A stretch of DNA of 33,593 nucleotides from Octopus sinensis (GCF_006345805.1 NW_021829937.1:1-33593); one strand, 5' to 3'. Counted from the stretch's first letter, positions 1 through 11,730 are shown. Program-made: numbers and translations. The notes: a model not told the origin generated them from the letters alone.

Positions 1-258
1 TCAAAAATCGACAAAATTCGGTTGAAAGCGGCAAAACTGCTAAATACTTTCTCCGATAAAGAGATTATCCCAAAAGCCTGGAACAACAGAGAGGTTCGTC
101 CTGAAAATCCCCGTCCGTACCGAAAATGCGTCGGGACAACGGCGGAACATCGGGAGAGAGGCTGCGCGAACTGCTGAGGGAGGCTGGGATCACCTGAATT
201 CTTCTTTCTTTTGGCGGTGGTTTTCTGGTTCAATAAATAAATAAATCCTATAAAAAAA
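1..258 (+). mobile_element. 3' end of the I/Jockey-like LINE (same sequence as 32618-32878)
   Basis: Continuation of the RT frame (...LRELLREAGIT*), followed by an (AATA)n/A-rich tail at 232-258. Confidence 0.8.
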
Positions 259-980
259 GCATGGAAATGACTTGATTGTCCGTGAGTTGACATCAAATGG
301 CTTTTTGTTCTTTGATCCACGTTTTTTGAAGCTCACAATAAATGGATCGCAGTTAAGTGTATATTCTCGGAATATTACAAGAAAGTCGAGAAACCAGAAA
401 GTATTTGCCAACTATATCCTGCCAGCGTGATTTCGTAGAAAAGATGGTGCTACAAAATATTATTAAAAATATTACAAACATCCAGTTTAAAATATGAAAG
501 AAATGTCAACATAAACCCGTAGGTTTACCGGAGATTTGACACGGGCACAGTGCATACACCACTGCATACCCCTTTCCTGCGCTATTGAGACTTTCTCCAC
601 GAGAGACCGGCGTTAAATTTACATTTTTGGTAAATATACGATGTCACCGGTTTTATAGCCCACCGGGTTGGATAACCCACCATCGAAAAAATACCAAAAA
701 AACATAAATATAATCTAAAAATCATCAGAAAATATAATTAACTTTAATTTCTTCCTTTTTATTATTTTTTATATTTCTGCCTGTTGCATAAATCACACAT
801 CATTCATTTGTGCTTTACATTTTTAAAATAAATAAAATTTTATTTATATTTAATGGGAGTCAATAAAAAATAAGAATTAATTCATTTAAAAAAATCAAAT
901 TTTTAATCAAATTTTTTTTAATCTACTTAAATGCACGTTTGATAGGTTTTCTTTATATCTTTATTAATAGTACACGTAGT
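1..980. repeat. Terminal direct repeat, copy 1 (matches 32618-33593)
   Basis: TCAAAAATCGACAAAATTCGG... at 1 and 32618; ...TAGTACACGTAGT ends at 980 and 33593; near-identical throughout apart from small indels. Confidence 0.97.
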
Positions 981-2120
981 TTCAAATTTTTCTGAAACTG
1001 TGTACTTATTTATATCCAGTTGTCATATAATGGGTATTTATTTATCGTCATTTTTAAAATAATTCGAATTTGACTCATCACTTAGTTCTGGATTTGTTCC
1101 GTCGAACATTAACAATGCATTATTTGATCTTCTGTTCTCCTTGAACTCTTTCCCATTGTCTGTTTGCAAGATAAACGGGGGTCGGATTGAGAAGAAAATC
1201 TTTTTTAACTTTCTTGTTTTATCAAAATATTTATTTCTTAAAAGAAAACAAAGAGAAAAGAGAGTTAACAAGAGGACTTCCCCGTCTCGTAGATGGAGAA
1301 GAAACAGTTTCCACGTACAATGGCAAGGGAAATCCTCTGAAAGAGCCATCCACACTCACGCGTGTCGTTTCTTTTGCGAGAAATCAGACGACCCAGCTTT
1401 TTGAGGAAAATGAGTGACCTGTCACGATTACGCCTGAGGTATCCACGGCGATCGGGGTAAACAGATAGCGTTCCGACAGATTGGTGTATTTTGAAATTTT
1501 TATTCTTCTGCTCTGCTCTACTTTCTTGTTATTTCTTCAGCTGATTTCGTTTTTTGCAGTTTTACCACTGCAAATTTGGAAAAGGAGTCGATTACAACAA
1601 CCAACTAAGACTTATTAAAAAAGACCCATCCATAATTGCTGTTAAGGTTTGAATTCTTAGATCCACTAAATCTACAATCAATAATTTTTAACTTTAGCTC
1701 ACTTTCTTCTAGAGTAAAAAAACGCAGTTTTTTATTTCTGACTTTTATATACGTTTTTTCAGGAACTTTGAAGCAAAAACGATTTTTAAGCGTCCTGAGC
1801 CTTCTCCTTTTCTCTTTATCGATATATAGTAGTGGTGTCATCAAAATTTTTTATTTCATTAAGTTGGTTTGTCGTTAATTTCAAAAGAACCATATTCTAA
1901 TGAACTTTATTGAACAACTCTACTTATTTTCACAGTTTAAACTTTATTAATAAAAAGTTATAGTTTTCACGCTAAAATATTAAAAAAAAAGAACAATAAA
2001 TTATAAAATAATTAAGAAAATCATTTTTTCCAATGAAATTAAATATATGAAAAATATTATTATTATAAAATATGTCAGTAGGTGGGTTATCCAACCCAGT
2101 GGGCTATAAAACCGGTGACA
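642..2120 (-). mobile_element. Ginger-like (integrase-type) DNA transposon, defective
   Basis: 40-bp TIRs TGTCACCGGTTTTATAGCCCAC(C/T)GGGTTGGATAACCCACC at 642-681 and 2081-2120 (1 mismatch); TGT...ACA ends; 5-bp TSD TACGA (637-641, 2121-2125). Minus-strand integrase core: DLVD..., YGW|LVVVIDSFSKF, KSAEEITRK|LKKIFFSIRPPFILQTDNGKEF. Confidence 0.9.
1219..1519 (-). mobile_element. 5'-truncated CRE-clade non-LTR retroelement nested in the Ginger integrase
   Basis: Minus-strand translation YLFTPIAVDTSG...WLFQRISLAIVRGN matches the C-termini at 16518-17182 and 21932-22405; 11-bp TSD ACTTTCTTGTT at 1208-1218 and 1520-1530. Confidence 0.85.
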
Positions 2121-2699
2121 TACGATATAATCAGATTGAAATTAATATTGATATGTTTATTCTTAAAGCAGGATAATTCCGAATTTAGTGTATATAACGC
2201 ATAGAGTTTTATGTGCACTATCTGCCCTTAAAAAACCCTGAAAAGTATCTCCTTTGGTGTTTGAATTAGGCGATAATTGTTGGGATGCACACATACGAAT
2301 GTTTTCAGAATCATTGAGGAGGACCGAAATGATGTATGTGAGCTTTATCTTTGTGAGTACTATGAATATTGTCATTTAATAACTATTTAATAAATTTTTG
2401 ATCGCTGTAACCTGTCGACTCAAAAAAGATTTTTTAATTTCAATATCTTCAATGATAAAATAGTTTTTAGAAATTATTAAAATCAAATGTAGTTATTGTC
2501 TGGTCAAATTACATAATTAAAAAGGAGAACATAATTATGATTCCAGAATAACAACGATTTTTCTATAATCAATATTTTAACACTTTAACACTTTTTATTA
2601 ACTTTCAAACGATAGTTACTCAAATCTTTTCTCCCAGATTATAAACTCAAATATATTTCGACATGCTAATTAAAAAAAAGCTTGCAATTATTTATTTAA

Positions 2700-2925
2700 A
2701 CCCAAGAAAATTGTTAAAAAACCTAGCTATTAAGTACTGGCTTGAAGGATTGAAAGACAATTCCCGCGTAAAACAGCCAGCGAGATCCTCTGAATAAGGA
2801 ATATAAATTTCCTGGGATCTCTGGAGCGATAGGTCCACAGACGGCCAAGCTTTTTAAGATGAGCAAGCGTCTTGGCCCTAAAAACACAGGAAGTCTCGAC
2901 GGCAATTGTTCAAAAGTAATGCATC
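2700..2925 (-). mobile_element. CRE-clade 3' fragment
   Basis: Reverse complement closely matches 22300-22420 (CTCCAGAGATCCCA...CAGAGGATCTCGCTGGCTGTTTTACGCGGG...TAATAGCTAG); contains a PIAVETS motif. Confidence 0.8.
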
Positions 2926-4319
2926 ATTATAAAAATATTTGATCTTGAATATTAAAATCAGTCGCAATCAGTGAAAAATTAGGATTAATAAAAATTGGAG
3001 GTCGTAAATAAAAAAAGTTTTCATTAATTGCTAAATTACAAAATATCGTTTATAGGATAAAAAAGGAAGTATTGGAAAAGAAATTTAACAGCGAACTTAA
3101 TTTTCACTAATTAGCAAGTATAAATACTGTATCGGGACGGGTTAAAATCTAACCGAATCAAAAAATGGAACCGATTGTGGCTATAGAAAACGAGGATTTT
3201 TACGAGATTGAAGATCTATATTGTTTTGCGGAAGAGAGGTCTTTCAGCAATTTTCCAATGATCATGAAGAACAATTAATCCTCTACAACTATTATGACTA
3301 ATTTTTTTGATTACTGTTTCTTAAATTTGGAAATTATTTTTATAAAGCCTGAGTTTTTCTAAGTCCATGAAACTCATAGATTGTAAGTGCTCTGAAAGTC
3401 AGTGGATCTACAATAGACTTCTTAAAAGTGTTCCGAACATACATGACAGATAATAATTGAAAAACCAGAGTGTTTTCTATGTCGAGTCAGCTTTGTTTTT
3501 TTAAACAGTGAATGCTGTAGTTGGTCGCGTATTCAAGAATGAGCCTCAACAAATAAAAGACAAATGAATTTTAAATTCAAACGTTACAATTCCACAAGTC
3601 AATATAAGCTATGATTCACGGATCTTCTGGGCTGTGTCCCCTGACTGATAAACGAACGAAGAAGATCTAGCGCCTCGTCTAATAGGTCCTGTGGTCTGTC
3701 TGGACTGTTCTCGCAGTCAATGAGACGTCTGGTAACCCGACTCTTACATTTTGAACAATGAAAGCGCATTTAGGGTCGCTTGGTTGTTCTTAGGCGTAAA
3801 AAGGTGAAAGGTCTCTTTTGGATTTTTTGACTTTCCAGTTTGTTGAGAAGACTTTGGGATTTTTTTGTTAGAAAAGAATGATGTTTTTTTTGTAATAGAC
3901 TAGAAGTTTTCTTGTTGAAACTTTATTGATTGTTAATTAACAATTTAAATCCAAACAGAGAGAAAATTATTTCGAATTATGTAATGCAATAATTGATTAT
4001 GTCTCTAGCGACCATGATGCCCTCATACTTGATAGGGTGAGTTGAAATTTCTAATAATTACTTAATAGTAATATTACGAAATAAAGGGGCGATACAAAAA
4101 TGAAGGGACGAATAAAATCGTCGGGTTTTCAGCACATCGATTCTTATAGGTCGCGAACTGCACATCTCGTAAAGACTCATTAAATTTATATATGTGGCCA
4201 ATATATATCAACGATTCTTCTTAACTGGTTTTTATATAAAGAATCCAACGACATAAATGATTTTTTGTAGATCCCCTAGTACCGGCGTTGTATAGAAGCA
4301 TTGACGGCGACGGCAGCTA

Positions 4320-5065
4320 ACATTTTTCTTTGGAATAGATAGACAGTTCCTCAATAAAAAGAGCCCAATGTGGCTATCCACAAAACGTAATTTTTCAGAG
4401 AGAAGGGAAAATTCCGATATTTTAGCTTTCATAACAGCTTTGATACAACTTTCGAAAATAGGAGATCCAAGAAAAATCAAGTCTTCTTTGAGGGGGAAGG
4501 TACATCCGGGTAGCAGTTTGTCGAATTCAGTCATCCACTTCCGAAAGGAAAGTTCGTCCGTGTTGAAATTCACAATTTCACATTTGCCGCAGTTGAATTA
4601 AAGCCCCAGCGCTCCGAAATTAAACACAAGCGACTTCAGCGTTTCCAAGATGTCTTTGGGGGTTCCTCTAATCATCCAAATACCACATTTTAAGGTCAGT
4701 TTTACACAATCTCGTTGTTTGGTGGATTGCGAGGGAGAATAAGAGAGGTCCCAGAGGGTCACCTTGTTGAACTCCATTGGTAGAATCAAGTATGTTGTCC
4801 CGAATATAAGCGCAGAAGGCTTGGAGTATGTCAAGTTGACAATCGGTAGGATGTACGGAATTTCTTTGGCGCAGGCTTCAAGGATACAGTCTCTTCTAAC
4901 AGAATTGAATGCATTCTTTAAATCGATCTTGGCCAGAATTCGTTAGGAATCCGTGAAAGAGTTAACAGACTCACGTAGACCGTGGACCCAGGCCTCGACG
5001 CCTCCTCGGATACAAACTCCGAGCTGTGTTGGTATGAAGTACGGTAGAAGTGCCCGAGAACCTGC
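4320..5065 (-). mobile_element. CRE-clade reverse transcriptase fragment (frameshifted)
   Basis: Motifs PTQLGV..GGVEA, KIDLKNAFNSVRRD, GVQQGDPLGPLLF, VWYLDD, FLGSPI and LLRNCLSIPK, spread across frames. Confidence 0.85.
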
Positions 5066-5196
5066 CTTTAATTAGATAATCTATCAGTTTATACTTTCTT
5101 ATAATAATATTTTAAATACAATATTAACTTTAATAGTAAAAATCAATTTTAAGTTTAAATAATTAATTTAAGTGCTGGACTTGATTTGTACGTCAT

Positions 5197-7280
5197 ATGT
5201 TAATTCAAAGAGTTCCTCATTTAATCAAAAAGTATAATTCTTTACTGATTTATCACTTTAGATATAATTACAGTAATTTAAATAAGCAAAATATAATAAA
5301 TATTCTACCAACCTACCATAATTCTCCACAAATCACAAAAAATGCCATTTTTTTAATCACACCAAACAGAAATTTAAACACAAACTCAAAATTGGACAAA
5401 GTAATCAAAAAACTCGAAGAAAATCAACTCTCAGACCCTCAAAAACCCACGTTAGACTCATCCCCGAAACACACAGACGTCGGAAAGACTCAAAAACCGT
5501 CTCTTAAAGACCGCTTTGTGAAGGAAGTGAAACATTACTACGACGGATTCCGCCTTTTCGCGATAGAACTGAAAATATCGGTTCGTCTTTTGACAAGAAT
5601 GTTACGTGGGCATTTCCTGACTAGAAGAGAGAGAAAACAGGCATAGATTGACATTAATTTTCAGTTAGTAAGGACCACTGCTGATTTGATTCGAATGGTC
5701 CCGTTGTTTATTATTATTTTGATACCCTTTTTGGAGTTGCTGATGCCGGTCTTTATAAAATTGTTTCCCAATATGCTGCCTAGCACTTTCAAAAATGAGA
5801 CCAAAGAACAGGAAATGGCTCGGAAAAGGCTTAAAGTTAAGCTGGAAATGGCAAAATTCTTACAAAATACGCTCGAAGAGTCTGTAACAGTAATCAAGAA
5901 AAATGACACCACAAGAACATCCAGTGTAGAAGAATTTGTTCAATTTATGAAAACAGTAAATATTAATATTTAAATAATTAATTAAATTAGATCCGCAACA
6001 ATGCTGAAATGCCAGAGACATCTCAAATTTTGAAATTTTGTAAATTATTTGAAGACGACCTGACCATGGATGGACTAAACAGGGACCAGCTGATAGCAAT
6101 TTGTCGTCTTTTGGACATGTCGACCCTCATCAATCCAACCTCGACTGTCCCACTCCTCCGATTCCGACTGGGCATTAAGCTCCGAATGCTGAAAGCCGAC
6201 GACAAAGTACTCCCAACTGACCAATTCAGATGATCCAATTAGAAGGAGTAGAAAGTCTCACTTCAGCAGAATTGGTCTCCGCTTGTAAAGCCAGAGGAAT
6301 GCGAGTGTTTGGACTGAGGAAGAACGACTCAAACAACAACTCCAACAGTGGCTGGACCTCCATATTGACCACCAAGTCCCTGCTTCTCTCATGTTGTTGT
6401 CGAGTGCGCTCTACGTTCCTCCAAATTTACCTGTTGAAGAGAAATTGAAGAAAACAATTCTTTCCCTTGACCAAGACACGGTTATAGATATTTCTGGATT
6501 GATAGGAGGAGGATGTCAAGTTGAGATGGCAGAGGAGAGTGGAGAGGTTATTTCCAACACGGACAGACTTGTTGTTGTTCTCAACGAAGAAGAGGCCATT
6601 AAGGACGACCACAGTGAGAAGAGTCCGGACATATCCGCACTCCCTGATGAAAATAACGTGGATCATGTCAACGTTCAATGTGATGACTTGGAAACGATTG
6701 AGAACCTCCTAATTCAGGCAGTCGACCACCGTAATCTGAGTTTGTCCTCCAGAGAATTCCGTGAATTGCAGGATGGGATCACGGAATATCAACAGGTGTG
6801 TTTACCATATGTTTAGAACATGGAAGAGTTAGAAAGACTGTTGATTAAAAAAACGTACCTTTGAGTGAGACCAGGGCTTCCAAACTATTGCGGGGCCGAC
6901 TGGCAAAGATGATTGAAAAAATGTCTTCCTCCACTCCCCAACCCGAGAGTGGAGATCTTCGCATGTTTTTGTAGCCAATGAGTTGTTTAGGCAGCAGTTG
7001 GTGAGCATTGACGAAGTTTTGGACCATTTGAATGACTCTGCAGGAAAGAAGAAAAGTTGAGACTGATTTTGGGGACCATCGACGACGATCGTGATGGAAA
7101 AATTGACGTGGAGAGAATTTTGAGGGTATTTATTCATTTTTTTATTTTCTAGGTTTTGAGGCAATTGGTAATCCTGACTTTGCATTGAGCAGTGAACAGA
7201 TATCTGATATGCTTAGACTTACTCAAAGGGAAAATGAGTTGAAGGACATACAAGTGGAAGAAGATGTGACCAGTAAATAG
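5197..7280 (+). CDS. LETM1: LETM1 mitochondrial inner-membrane cation/H+ exchanger (7 micro-introns; 5 apparent 1-nt deletions)
   Basis: KEVKHYYDGFRL, LTRRERKQ|LVRTTADLIRMVP..IPFLELLMPVFIKLFPNMLPSTF, KVKLEMAKFLQ, ACKARGMR, QQLQQWLDLH, and EF-hand DDDRDGKIDVE. Introns: 5641-5664 (GC-AG), 5956-5990, 6207-6229, 6481-6505, 6796-6816, 6949-6974, 7126-7152. Stop TAG at 7278-7280. Confidence 0.95.
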
Positions 7281-7488
7281 TTTATTTTGTACTAATATGT
7301 TTTTTCTTACTTTGTTTAGTGATTTTAAAATAGTTACAATTTTTTAATTGAGAATTCCTGTTTTTTGGTCAAAAATTGATCCAGAGAGTTTTTTATTGTT
7401 GATGTCTAGTTTAACTTTCGGTATTAAGAACTATAACTAAAATCTTATTATATTCGAAAAATTGTGTTAGTAACGTTAGAAAATGTAA

Positions 7489-10400
7489 CTACATTAAATA
7501 TCGGATCAAGAAACCAATTCCCATTATTAAATGGAATATTCCTCTGGGGATATTTTTCGTTTTTTCGTTATTGCAATTTTCAATATTTTTTTCTATCATC
7601 TCGAATTTTGGCATTTTTTCTATGCCATCAAGAAAAAAAATTTGTGCGAATAGTGGTAAAGATTTCCCATAACATGAAGCTAATGTCAGGATGGTTTCAT
7701 TTAGAGATCTAATATAGGCTCATAAATAAAATAAACTCGGCGCTAAGTCTTAGGTCTGACATTCCAGTTGCATTGTCTGGAAATTGTGCCAATTTTAATA
7801 AATAACTAGCTCGGCAGCTCGCTTCGCTCACCGCGACCTAGCTCCTGCGGAGGGCCTGTTTCATCAAACAACTATAAGTTTATGTAGATGTATAAAACTA
7901 CCTGTTTAATGTAACCCTATTCTATCGCCTGTTGATAAACGATGTTTGTCGTCCGTCCTTCCTTGGCATATATGAATAAATTTTCTCTTCTGCCTACCCT
8001 CGAACATCCCACATACAGCTGTCCATGTGAAAAACACTCACTTCTAAAAATAACCCAACTACCTTAATGACTGTCCCTGGGCCTTGTTTATTGTCATTGC
8101 AATTTTTTTTTCATTTTTTGTGGTTTATTTTTTTATATTTAATTTTTCTTTTTCCTTTGTAATTTCCTTTTTTTTCTTTTTTTATTTTTACTGGCGGAAA
8201 TGTGGCAGGGGGAGATGCGGCAGGCGGAAATGCGGCAGGCAAGAAAGCGACACACAAAAAAGATTTAATTAATTACCTTATTAAGCTGACCGTTTTTTCT
8301 TCAGCTTCGTTTTTCCTCCTTCGGTTATCTATTTAAAAAATTATTTTGAATAATAAAAAGTTTAGGAAAAGAGGCATACCGAAAATAAATTCTATTTACG
8401 AAAAACTCAAGTAAATAGTTAATATTTTTACGCAAATTCTTTCTGATTGCGCTGTCAATTGGTGGTAAATTGTGTTAATGGTTGTGCTAATGTGGTTTCA
8501 ACTATCAAAGTGTATTTCAAAATCTGTTAATTGCACACTCTATTCAAGGTCGTGCGTCAATTGGTGGTAAATTGTGTTAATGATTGTGCTAATGTGGTTT
8601 CAACTATCAAAGTAGTTTTTCAAAATCTGTTAATTGCACACTCTATTCAAAGTCGTGCAATCTGTGATTGCCAATTCTGTCAAAGTAAAATATGATAATA
8701 GCTTTAATTTGATTCATGGTCGATAATGATATATGCATTTAATTTTAAGAGAAAAACATAGGATGAATTGAATTTCTTTATCGCGAATAATTGGGAGTTC
8801 ATCATTGTTAATATTCTCGCTGTCGTTTTCATCAAGGATATTCTTAATACGTGAGATTTTGCTTGAGGTTTTAAGGACCTCATCATGAATGTCGAGGACA
8901 TTCGCGTTGTTCATTTTAATCAAAATGCAGAAAATAATTTTTGATTTTTGGGGGGAAGGTTTTAAGGACTTCATCATGTAAGTCGAGGACATTGTAGTTG
9001 TTCATTTTAACCAAAATGCAGAAAATTTTTTTTAATTTTTTTTGGGGGGAAGGTTTTAAGGACTCATCATGTAAGTCGAGGACATTGTGTTGTTCATTTT
9101 AACCAAAATGCAGAAAATTTTTTTTTAATTTTTTTGGGGGGAAGGTTTTAAGGACTTCATCATGTAAGTCGAGGACATTGTAGTTGTTCATTTTAACCAA
9201 AATGCAGAAAATTTTTTTTAATTTTTTTGGGGGGAAGGTTTTAAGGACTTCATCATGTAAGTCGAGGACATCGTAGTTGTTCATTTTAACCAAAATGCAG
9301 AAAATTTTTTTTTAATTTTTTTGGGGGAAGGTTTTAAGGACTTCAATGTAAGGAGGAGGACATTGTAGTTGTTCATTTTAACCAAAATGCAGAAAATTTT
9401 TTTTAATTTTTTTGGGGGGGAGGTTTTAAGGACTTCATCATGTAAGTCGAGGACATTGTAGTTGTTCATTTTAACCAAAATGCAGAAAATTTTTTTTAAT
9501 TTTTTTGGGGGGGGAAGGTTAACGACTTCATCATGTAAGTCGAGGACATTGTGTGTTCATTTTAACCAAAATGCAGAAAATTTTTTTTTAATTTTTTTGG
9601 GGGGGAAGGTTTTAAGGACTTCATCATGTAAGTCGAGGACATTGTAGTTGTTAATTTTAACCAAAATGCAGAAAATTTTTTTTTAATTTTTTTGGGGGGG
9701 AAGGTTTTAAGGACTTCATCATGTAAGTCGAGGACATCGTAGTTGTTCATTTTGACCAACGCAAGAAAAATTTTTTTTTAATTTTTTTGGGGGAAGGTTT
9801 TAAGGACCTCATATGTAAGTCGAGGAAATCGTATTGCCAATTTGAAGTTGGTGTGCACACACAGGGACAGACAGACAAGACACACAGACAGACAGGACAG
9901 ACAGACACACACCATACCATTTTATTATTAAGATATATTTTTTTTGGTGAAATTTCATACTAAAATGTATTAACAAAATCACCACTCCTTCTGGAATCAA
10001 ATTATTTAATATTTCTCTAGAATACTCGGATTCACGTTGATCGTTGTCTGTTCTAATGATTAGTTGTAAATGCGTTAATACAATCTCAAATCAAATAATC
10101 TCCGATTTTCTTCTGATCTATCAATCTTTATGATAACTAAAAATTAATTATTCCAATGTGATTAAAACATTGTGTTAATTGTTCAATTCCAATATTGTAG
10201 AACTATACATTCTTATTAAAATTTAATACTGTCTTTTTTCTCTTTCTGGGGATATTTCAAATTCCCATTTCGTTTATTTCTTGAATCGTCTTTTTTTACT
10301 TGAATAATTTTTAAAATGTTGTTTAATATTGGAGAAGCTTTATTGAAATCATCCTCATAGTCTATAATCTATTAAATTAACAATTTAACCATTATAGTTA

Positions 10401-10764
10401 ACATGTCCTATTCCATTGTCATAGCTAACTTCTCGAGGAAACAAATCCACTCCCACGGGAATATTAACCAATTTGAATACCAAATAGTTTAGAAGATCTG
10501 GTTGAAATTTCTTTAATTATATAGTTTAGAAAAATAAATTACATAATCTATTGGGATATTTATCTCGTCCATAGTAATAATATAAGTTTTATCTTCATTG
10601 AGATTGCTTTTAAGATCATTTAAAATCACTTACATTGTAATAGAAACACTCATTTTTAAACCATTGGTTTTGTGAAAGGCGATTTCTATTTCTTAAACAT
10701 ACATTTAATTAAAAGAACTTTCATTATTAAGCACAGTTGCAAAGGAAAATAGAATAAGGAACAT
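7489..10764 (-). CDS. Unknown secreted, putatively GPI-anchored protein; multi-exon; interrupted by a Helitron (middle exons unresolved)
   Basis: ATG at 10764 gives the signal-like MFLILFSFATVL. GT-AG introns of 27, 27 and 32 nt keep frame in the first exons. With 7806-9933 removed, the frame reads YEISPKKIY|YLLKLAQFPDNATG..., then a 28-nt intron, then ~73 stop-free codons ending in the hydrophobic tail GIFHLIMGIGFLIRYLM* (TAG 7489-7491). Confidence 0.6.
8192..8238. repeat. 15-bp tandem repeat x3 (GGCGGAAATGCGGCA-like) inside the Helitron
   Basis: ggcggaaatgtggca / gggggagatgcggca / ggcggaaatgcggca. Confidence 0.8.
8454..8658. repeat. ~103-bp tandem duplication inside the Helitron
   Basis: GTCAATTGGTGGTAAATTGTGTTAATG...CACACTCTATTCAA(G/A)GTCGTGC occurs twice in a row. 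Confidence 0.9.
8866..9828. repeat. ~93-bp satellite, ~11 copies, inside the Helitron
   Basis: Unit GGTTTTAAGGACTTCATCATGTAAGTCGAGGACATTGTAGTTGTTCATTTTAACCAAAATGCAGAAAA-Tn-AA-Tn-Gn; units differ mainly in homopolymer length. Confidence 0.97.
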
Positions 10765-10899
10765 TTTCTTTAAGCGGATGATTTCCTTTTATATTGAATT
10801 AAATATATTCATGACGTCACATATGTAAATGAAAGTTTAATTGGGTCATATATTTTCTTTCAAAAGTTCTAACAGAATATACAAAATCCTAAGTTAGTT

Positions 10900-11730
10900 A
10901 ATTGATCGAGATGTTTTTTGAGCGGATATCCCTCGCGATAGTACGCTAAAACTCTTTCTCGATCGCGTCAGCCTCTCGCCCATAAAGAATCAGCCTCTTT
11001 AATTCATTAAATTAATTAATTAGGACAAATTCCATTCTTCCGCGTCGCCTCTTCGGAAACAAGGGTGCCAACTGAGGTGTCAGTGTGGAGCATAATCTTC
11101 CTTCTGAACGAATTCAAATGTTCCGCTTTTGAACAAGCAATTGCAAACTTCCAGGCTGAGCAAGCATACTCAACCGTCGGGGCAATCGCTTGTTGGTAGA
11201 CCTTCCTGACACAATTTTCCAGGGGGAAGGGACTCTTCTTTAACAGCGCTTTCAAGACGTTCCACTTCCAAAGACCTTTAGCTAGAACCTCCTCCACGTG
11301 ACTTGAGAACGTCATTAAGGAGTCGAAAACTACGCCAAGGATCTTCTAGGTACTCGAAGAGGGAATAGGTTTGTCTCCAATGAATAGTTCCAGTCTATCC
11401 TTGAATCTTCTATCAGTAGTGAAAAGGGTGAACTGGGATTTAGATGCAGACACACACAACATGTTTGCAGATAGCCAATCACATACACGGTTGAGGTGTG
11501 ACTGGACCATTGCAACAGCCACAGAAGGAGATTTATCTCTTGCAGCGATAATCAGGTCGTCCGCATAGGATAAGAACATAATATCTGGGTCATTAGTAAT
11601 AGGTAGGTAATGTTAAAAAGGAGAGGAGATAAAGGGGAGCCTTGTGGGACACCATTGGGAAGTAGTCTTGATCTTGAAGTAGTATTGTCAATACGGACCC
11701 TTCCGCGTCGGCCAGTTAAGAAATTTCCCT
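10900..11730 (-). mobile_element. 5'-truncated, degenerate I/Jockey-like LINE RT fragment (paralog of 30800-32878)
   Basis: NFLTGRRGRV, NGVPQGSPLSPLLF, SYADD, KILGVVFDSLMTFS, EYACSAW. Confidence 0.85.

Larger units (their letters stand above)
7806..9933 (-). mobile_element. Non-autonomous, internally deleted Helitron
   Basis: A|TC 5' end at 9933 followed by a (CTGT)n-like microsatellite; 3' end is GC-rich with GCGAAGC then CTAG|T at 7806; no TSD. Retains the Pif1 helicase C-terminus AMTINKAQGQSL...HGQLYVGCSRVG...TNIVYQ (~8100-7919). Confidence 0.9.

Noticed and set aside
258-640. Host gene running across the terminal junction or Ginger insertion
   Set aside because: Coding-like stretches and possible micro-introns occur on both strands, but I could not build a consistent frame or recognise a product.
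1-980. LTRs of a giant retroelement
   Set aside because: No TG...CA boundaries, PBS or gag-pol; the repeat is a composite of unrelated element ends.
3605-3780. Short minus-strand ORF (MRFHCSKC...)
   Set aside because: About 56 aa with no recognisable family; insufficient support.
4084-4110. GGGGCGATACAAAA motif resembling the hAT subterminal repeat
   Set aside because: Isolated, with no TIR or transposase sequence nearby.
8866-9828. CRISPR array
   Set aside because: Plain tandem satellite with no unique spacers.
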